Below are positions 23,889 through 29,171 of a stretch of DNA of 29,171 nt, in pieces (within the stretch, counting starts at the first letter, position 1; every line of letters begins with the position of its first letter). The stretch spans positions 1 to 29,171 of the forward strand of contig WBXG01000016.1 in assembly GCA_008932965.1 (NCBI GenBank), in the 5' to 3' direction. A model generated the notes under the pieces. That model worked only from the letters and a program-made list of their open reading frames with translations. It was not told the DNA's origin and ran no database searches. A program made the position numbers and the translations under genes. Source of the DNA: Verrucomicrobiota bacterium (lineage in GTDB: Bacteria; Verrucomicrobiota; Verrucomicrobiia; Chthoniobacterales; UBA6821).

Positions 23889-24713
23889 TTGAAAAAATTC
23901 CTCACCTTCATTCGCTTTTCTCATACTCTTTTTGCCCTCCCTTTTGCCTTAGGCTCTATGATCGTGGCTGCGCATGGATGGCCCGGCTTGCCTCTTTTTG
24001 TACTAGTCATCGGGTGTATGGTTTTTGCACGCACCGCTGCTATGAGTTTTAATCGTATTGTCGATTGGGAAATTGATCTGCGTAATCCTAGAACAGCTCA
24101 CCGTCATAAGCTTTTAAAAAAATCTCAAGCACTTTTCTTTTGTAGTTTAAGTGGAGCTTTTTTTTGGATTACAGCCTCCTGGATCAATCACCTTTGTTTT
24201 GCACTTGCACCAGTAGCAATAGCCCTGATTTTTTTCTATTCTCTAACCAAGCGCTTCACCCATTATGCACAGTTTTTTTTAGGGCTTGCCTTGGCTGTTT
24301 CACCAGTGGGAGCCTGGATTGCTGTCAAAGGGACCCTAGATTGGCCTCCATTAATATTAGCTCTAGGGGTGATTTGCTGGGTTGCCGGATTTGATATTAT
24401 CTATGCCACTCAAGATGTGGAGATCGATCGAAGCGAAAAACTCTACTCTATGGTTGTCTGGCTTGGAATTCCAGATGCACTCAGACTTGCAGGATGGCTT
24501 CATTTTTTTTTATTAATCACGTTAATAGCTTTTGGAGCAATGACTCAGCAGCATTTTGGATATTATCTTTTTTTAATTTCTTTACCCTTTCTGCTACTCT
24601 ATGAAAACCGTATGGCAAAGACTCTCCAACTGAATGCTATCAACCGTGCCTTTTTTCAGACCAATGTGGTTGTGGGTTGTTTATTTTTAGCAGCAACATG
24701 CGCAGGTCTATGA
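23889..24713 (+). CDS. UbiA-family aromatic prenyltransferase (menaquinone/futalosine-type)
   Basis: 274 aa and polytopic. Asp-rich motifs are NRIVDWEIDLRNPRT and QDVEIDRSEKLYS. A TTG start is needed to retain the conserved N-terminal helix. Confidence 0.75.
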   Translation: MKKFLTFIRFSHTLFALPFALGSMIVAAHGWPGLPLFVLVIGCMVFARTAAMSFNRIVDWEIDLRNPRTAHRHKLLKKSQALFFCSLSGAFFWITASWINHLCFALAPVAIALIFFYSLTKRFTHYAQFFLGLALAVSPVGAWIAVKGTLDWPPLILALGVICWVAGFDIIYATQDVEIDRSEKLYSMVVWLGIPDALRLAGWLHFFLLITLIAFGAMTQQHFGYYLFLISLPFLLLYENRMAKTLQLNAINRAFFQTNVVVGCLFLAATCAGL

Positions 24714-25741
24714 GTACTCGTCTGAACTCATCATCAGGACTCACTCTTCTGAAAGGAGACTCCGAGGAGTTGCGTTCACAAGCTCATAGGAAGCGGTGCG
24801 AGTATCTTCAAGAGGGAGCTGCTACCTACTTGATTATGCGTATTGTGAGTTACACTAATATCTGTGTGGCCGATTGCAGCTACTGTGCTTTTTATCGCAA
24901 GCCCAATGATCCCGAGGGTTACGTGCTCAGCAATGAAGCAATTTTTAAAAAACTAGATGATTTAATTGCAGCAGGTGGAAGCCTTGTTGCGATGGAAGGA
25001 GGATTTCATCCCAAGTTAAAAATCGATCATTACGAAAATCTCTTTCGTACAGTACGCACACGCTATGGAAACACCCTTGAAATTTACGGCCCCACCATTG
25101 TAGAAGTTATTTTTATTGCACGTAGCTCGAGGATTTCTCTTGAAGAAGCCCTTTTAAGGCTCCAGAAAGCAGGCCTAAGCTGGATTCCAGGTGGTGGTGC
25201 TGAGATTTTAACCAATCGATGGAGACACAAGCTTTCACCTCGCAAATATTCTGTAGAAGAATATCTCGATGGCATGGAGCTGGCTCAACGCCTTGGATTT
25301 GGAACTACAGCAACGATGGTGATTGGTTTTGGAGAATCGTGGGAAGATCGGTTGGAACACTTAGAACATATTAGAAATTTGCAGGATAAGACTGGTGGTT
25401 TTAGTAGTTTCTTACTTTGGACTTACCAATCCGATAACACGGCCCTTGGTGGGGAGAGGATTGATAACCAGGAGTATTTAAAATCAGTAGCAATAAGCCG
25501 CCTTTATCTTGATAATATTCCAATAATACGTGCCTCTTTTCTTACTCAAGGAAATCGAGGTCCTCTTGCCCTAAAGTGGGGAGCCTCTGATTTTGATATC
25601 GTCCTTGAAGATCAGGTCACACAACTTGCAGGAGCAACCATTGAACCGAATATTAAAAGGGTCTTAGAGCAGGTAAAAGAAGCAAAAATAGAGCCCCTAC
25701 AACGACAACCCTTTTTACAACCTTTTCGAGCTCTTGTTTAG
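24710..25741 (+). CDS. Radical SAM enzyme of the MqnC/MqnE (futalosine pathway) type
   Basis: Motif SYTNICVADCSYCAFYR (CxxxCxxC). The body is CofH/ThiH-like (MEGGFHP, GGGAEIL). The ATG at 24710 overlaps the ubiA-like stop as ATGA. MqnC and MqnE cannot be told apart by eye. Confidence 0.7.
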   Translation: MSTRLNSSSGLTLLKGDSEELRSQAHRKRCEYLQEGAATYLIMRIVSYTNICVADCSYCAFYRKPNDPEGYVLSNEAIFKKLDDLIAAGGSLVAMEGGFHPKLKIDHYENLFRTVRTRYGNTLEIYGPTIVEVIFIARSSRISLEEALLRLQKAGLSWIPGGGAEILTNRWRHKLSPRKYSVEEYLDGMELAQRLGFGTTATMVIGFGESWEDRLEHLEHIRNLQDKTGGFSSFLLWTYQSDNTALGGERIDNQEYLKSVAISRLYLDNIPIIRASFLTQGNRGPLALKWGASDFDIVLEDQVTQLAGATIEPNIKRVLEQVKEAKIEPLQRQPFLQPFRALV

Positions 25742-25747
25742 AGCGAG

Positions 25748-26431
25748 TTAACCCAATTCGATAAGAAACTTTTTGGCGCTTGGACAAAGAGCATGTAACT
25801 CACAATGACGGCAATCGGGCTTACGAGCATAACAGCGCCTTCTTCCGTGCCAGATGAGCCAATGACTTAGGATTCCCCAATCCTTCCTATTAAAAAGTTT
25901 CATAAGATCTTGTTCTATTTTCACAGGGTGGTGCTGGGAAGTAAGCCCGAGGCGTTGGGCAAGCCGTCCGACATGGGTATCGACAACGACTCCTTCATGA
26001 ATGTTAAAAGCATTACTTAAGACCACGTTAGCTGTTTTTCTTCCCACTCCAGGAAGTGCCGAAAGCTCCCCAAGTGTGGAGGGAACAATTCCTTGATGCC
26101 TCTGGAGAAGTGCCATCGCTGTTTTTCGAATGGCAGTTGCTTTGTTACGAAAAAAACCAGTTGAATGAATGATCGTTTCTAACTCTTCTTGAGAAATGGT
26201 TGAATAATCTATGGCGCTCTCGCAGCGTTGAAAAAGCAAAGGAGTCACCTTATTAACACGAACGTCAGTGCATTGGGCTGAAAGAATTGTGGCAACAAGA
26301 AGCTGTAAAGGATTTTTATAATCCAGCTCACAGTAGGCATCTGGATAAATAACACTCAGTTTTTTTCTCAGTTTTTTGGCCCTTGTTTGTATGATGGTTT
26401 CCTTCTTATTCACGTTAGATTGGTGTTGCAA
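25748..26431 (-). CDS. nth: Endonuclease III
   Basis: ILSAQCTD, HhH motif LPGVGRKTANVVL, and the Fe-S motif C-X6-C-X2-C-X5-C (CYARKPDCRHCELHALC). The start is TTG at 26431 or GTG at 26413. Confidence 0.9.
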   Translation of the reverse strand: MQHQSNVNKKETIIQTRAKKLRKKLSVIYPDAYCELDYKNPLQLLVATILSAQCTDVRVNKVTPLLFQRCESAIDYSTISQEELETIIHSTGFFRNKATAIRKTAMALLQRHQGIVPSTLGELSALPGVGRKTANVVLSNAFNIHEGVVVDTHVGRLAQRLGLTSQHHPVKIEQDLMKLFNRKDWGILSHWLIWHGRRRCYARKPDCRHCELHALCPSAKKFLIELG

Positions 26432-26583
26432 AGTATTTTTTATGGAGAATCGACCTACGAATCCTTGGTTCTTGATTGACCATTTGTCAAGAGGGCTTCA
26501 TATTCATCAACTCTTCATTCGTTTTTGTGAATGAGAGCTGTCCCTGTTTCTTCGACACAATTACTACGAGAAATTACTAAGTT

Positions 26584-27840
26584 ATGAACTCTGAATTTAT
26601 TGCCATGCTCGACTACCTCGAGCGTGAAAAAGGTATCAAGCGTGAGATGCTCATTGAAGCGATTTCAACGGCACTCATTGCAGCCGCCAAAAAAAGTTTT
26701 TCCATTTCAAGAGAAGTACGTATTGATATCAATCCTAAAAGTGGACAAATTCGAGCTTTTGCAACTCCCTTGGTTGTAGAAGTAGTCACAAATCCACAAG
26801 AAGAAATTACCCTTTCCCGTGCTAGACAGGTGAAAAAAGATGCTGTCATTGGTGATGAGGTAGAGGTAGAGGTGACCCCTTCTGATTTTGGCCGAATTGC
26901 AGCACAAACAGCACGCCAAGCCATTACCCAGCGCATTCGTCAGATCGAAAAAAATATGATCTATGAAGAATTTAAAGATCGTGCTGGGGAAATTGTGAGT
27001 GGAACAGTACGTCGCTTTGAACGCTCAGATGTCATGATCGACCTAGGCAAATTTGAAGCAGTTATGCCTTCCCGAGAGAGGGTTTCTACAGAGGAGTACA
27101 ATATTGGTGATCGAATACGCGCTTATGTGCTTGCCGTAGAAAATGGGATACGTGGCCCTGAAATTATCCTATCTCGAAGTCATCCCAATTTTATTCGACG
27201 ACTTTTTGAGATCGAAGTCAGTGAAATTGGTGATCGCACTGTTGAGATTCGCTCCATTGCTCGTGAAGCCGGCTTTAGAACCAAAATTGCTGTTTTTAGT
27301 TCTAATGAAAAGATTGATCCTGTCGGAGCATGCGTAGGAGTTCGAGGAGCACGTGTAAAAAATATCGTACGAGAATTGAACAATGAAAAAGTCGATATTA
27401 TTCGTTGGTACGAGGATCCTAAAGAATTTATCAAAGAAGCCATGAAGCCAACTCGACTTAAAAGCATCGAGATTGATGAGCCAGCACATACCATTCGTAT
27501 TGCTATTGAAAAAGAGGAACTGGCACTTGCTATTGGAAAGCGTGGTCAAAATGCCCGTTTGACATCACGCCTTCTAGGTTGGGAGCTCGATATTAGCGAG
27601 GACAGGAGTGCAGTAGAGGTTTTTGAACAACAAATGGCAGGAGCTGCTCATCAGCTTGCTACTGCTTTAGGAGTCACCGAAAAAGAAGCTAAGGTATTAG
27701 CTGATGGTGGTATGAATTCCCTAGAAGTCATCGTCACTGCAGAAGCATCTGACATTGCGGAGCTACTTCCCTGTGAATTAGAGCGTGCTGAAGCAATACT
27801 ACAAGCTGCAAAACAATATTTAGAAAACTCAGCTCAGTGA
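26584..27840 (+). CDS. nusA: Transcription termination/antitermination factor NusA
   Basis: 418 aa. The N-terminal domain starts [10 protein letters not shown]. It has an S1 domain and two KH domains ([29 protein letters not shown]). infB follows directly. Confidence 0.95.
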   Translation: MNSEFIAMLDYLEREKGIKREMLIEAISTALIAAAKKSFSISREVRIDINPKSGQIRAFATPLVVEVVTNPQEEITLSRARQVKKDAVIGDEVEVEVTPSDFGRIAAQTARQAITQRIRQIEKNMIYEEFKDRAGEIVSGTVRRFERSDVMIDLGKFEAVMPSRERVSTEEYNIGDRIRAYVLAVENGIRGPEIILSRSHPNFIRRLFEIEVSEIGDRTVEIRSIAREAGFRTKIAVFSSNEKIDPVGACVGVRGARVKNIVRELNNEKVDIIRWYEDPKEFIKEAMKPTRLKSIEIDEPAHTIRIAIEKEELALAIGKRGQNARLTSRLLGWELDISEDRSAVEVFEQQMAGAAHQLATALGVTEKEAKVLADGGMNSLEVIVTAEASDIAELLPCELERAEAILQAAKQYLENSAQ

Positions 27841-27865
27841 GCTTTTTTGCAATAGAGAATCAATA

Positions 27866-29171
27866 ATGGCACTTAAAACAACATCTTCCTCATCCTCCAG
27901 GCCTTCTTCATCAAAAGGAAAAAGTGCTGGCAAGGTGCCGTCTCGAAATAAAAATAGCTCTCAGCTTTCTCAAAAAAAATCTTCTAATCGTTCTGAAAAT
28001 AATAACCGTAGCAAAACTACTGCTTTATCTACAGAGCCATCTTCTCAAGCGGCTCCAAGATTAGAAAATCCCACTCCTACCCCGAAAATATTACCTCGAC
28101 TTTCTCTTATTGAGGAAAAAGCACCTCGATCGCATCAAACTGCTACTTCATCTCGAGGAAAGGCACTTCCCCGTATCGGGACTCGTGAAGAGATACCAGA
28201 GCCGATAAAAGAGAATCCGGATCTTTTAGTACCAGAAGTTCTTGATCCAAAAAAAGAGGAGGAGATGATTCCTCTTCAATCTGAAGTAGTGGATCGCAAG
28301 GTGATTCATATTAAGCCACCCATTATGATTAAGGAGCTGGCTACTCAAATGAATGTTAAACCGTTTAAAATGATTCATGACCTTATGGAAATGAATATTT
28401 TTGCGAGCATTAATCAGTCGGTAGAACCGGAAGTAGCTATCAAACTCTGTGATCGCTACGGCTTTATTTTTGAACGTGAAAAGCGCATTGCAGGTGCTGG
28501 GGTTCATAAGGTGGAAGTTCCAGTAATACCTCCCCCTCTGGTTAAGCATGAAGAGAAATCAGAAGCACTCGTACTTCGTGCCCCCATTATTACATTCATG
28601 GGACATGTCGATCATGGCAAAACATCGCTCCTTGATGCCATTCGTCGCACCAAGGTAGCTTCAGGAGAAGCTGGTGGAATCACCCAGCATATTGGGGCCT
28701 ACATGATTGAACGCCAGGGCCAGTCGATTACTTTTATTGACACTCCAGGCCATGCGGCCTTTACAGCAATGCGTGCTCGAGGTGCTACGGTGACAGACAT
28801 TGTTGTCTTAGTCGTGGCTGCTAATGATGGTCTGATGCCTCAAACTTTAGAAGCTTTAAGCCATGCTCGTGCAGCAAATGTTTCCATTATTGTAGCCATT
28901 AATAAAATTGATCTTCCTACTGCTAATGTCGATCGTGTCAAAGCACAACTTCAAGAAAATGGATTGGTTCCTGAGGATTGGGGAGGAGAGACGGTCTGTT
29001 GTGAAGTCTCAGCGACAACTGGTACGGGAATAGATCATCTTTTAGAAATGATGTTACTTCAGGCTGAGATGTTAGAGCTTAAAGCCAATCCTCTCCAGCA
29101 AGCACGTGCTAATGTCATTGAAGCTCAAGTAGAGCCAGGCCGTGGTCCTACTGCAACAGTTATCGTGAACA
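27866..29171 (+). CDS. infB: Translation initiation factor IF-2 (3' end beyond the window)
   Basis: The open frame from the ATG at 27866 runs to the window edge. The N-terminus is Ser-rich. The G domain carries [17 protein letters not shown] and NKID. Confidence 0.95.
   Translation, partial: MALKTTSSSSSRPSSSKGKSAGKVPSRNKNSSQLSQKKSSNRSENNNRSKTTALSTEPSSQAAPRLENPTPTPKILPRLSLIEEKAPRSHQTATSSRGKALPRIGTREEIPEPIKENPDLLVPEVLDPKKEEEMIPLQSEVVDRKVIHIKPPIMIKELATQMNVKPFKMIHDLMEMNIFASINQSVEPEVAIKLCDRYGFIFEREKRIAGAGVHKVEVPVIPPPLVKHEEKSEALVLRAPIITFMGHVDHGKTSLLDAIRRTKVASGEAGGITQHIGAYMIERQGQSITFIDTPGHAAFTAMRARGATVTDIVVLVVAANDGLMPQTLEALSHARAANVSIIVAINKIDLPTANVDRVKAQLQENGLVPEDWGGETVCCEVSATTGTGIDHLLEMMLLQAEMLELKANPLQQARANVIEAQVEPGRGPTATVIVN

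Noticed and set aside
27521-27530. TGGCAC immediately followed by TTGC
   Set aside because: The spacing is wrong for a -24/-12 promoter, and it lies inside nusA.
590-28549. Antisense or out-of-frame ORFs in the track that overlap confident genes (for example 590..826, 1385..1675, 4284..4529, 4393..4770, 4742..5134, 6059..6421, 16648..17031, 19069..19332, 26613..26936, 27169..27549, 28226..28549)
   Set aside because: Each lies wholly inside a confidently identified gene on the opposite strand or in another frame and has no motifs of its own. They are shadow ORFs.

Overview
This is a 29.2-kb bacterial chromosomal segment, roughly 40% GC by eye, made up mostly of housekeeping genes. These include rpsU, rpsA, tig, clpP, nusA, infB (3' end cut by the window), nuoD, nth, parA, an LptF/G permease, an HtrA-type protease, a sigma-54 NtrC-type response regulator, a futalosine-type menaquinone gene pair and two tRNAs. 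The gene content fits a Gram-negative, possibly PVC-superphylum or chlamydia-like organism, but that is only an inference. I see no CRISPR array, transposase, phage genes or recognisable defence or toxin-antitoxin module. The outstanding signal is non-genic. It is a family of GC-rich (about 54% by hand count), TA-flanked, about 180-bp imperfect-palindrome MITE-like elements. I count at least 6 complete copies, 1 copy cut by the window edge, and 5 terminal or junction fragments, together about 1.7 kb or 6% of the window. They fill intergenic spacers, occur in tandem, and come in three size classes (182, 273 and 351 bp). One lies in frame inside an SDR epimerase gene, and two more form the 5' end of a 597-codon orphan ORF, which recalls the Rickettsia palindromic elements. 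Inverted element termini also bracket a solitary nuoD next to a tRNA. Other points worth a second look are a CYTH-Nudix fusion whose CYTH domain looks catalytically degenerate, a polytopic-membrane/hotdog-thioesterase fusion, and a His-rich tail on trigger factor. All product calls come from motif recognition by eye. No database search was possible.
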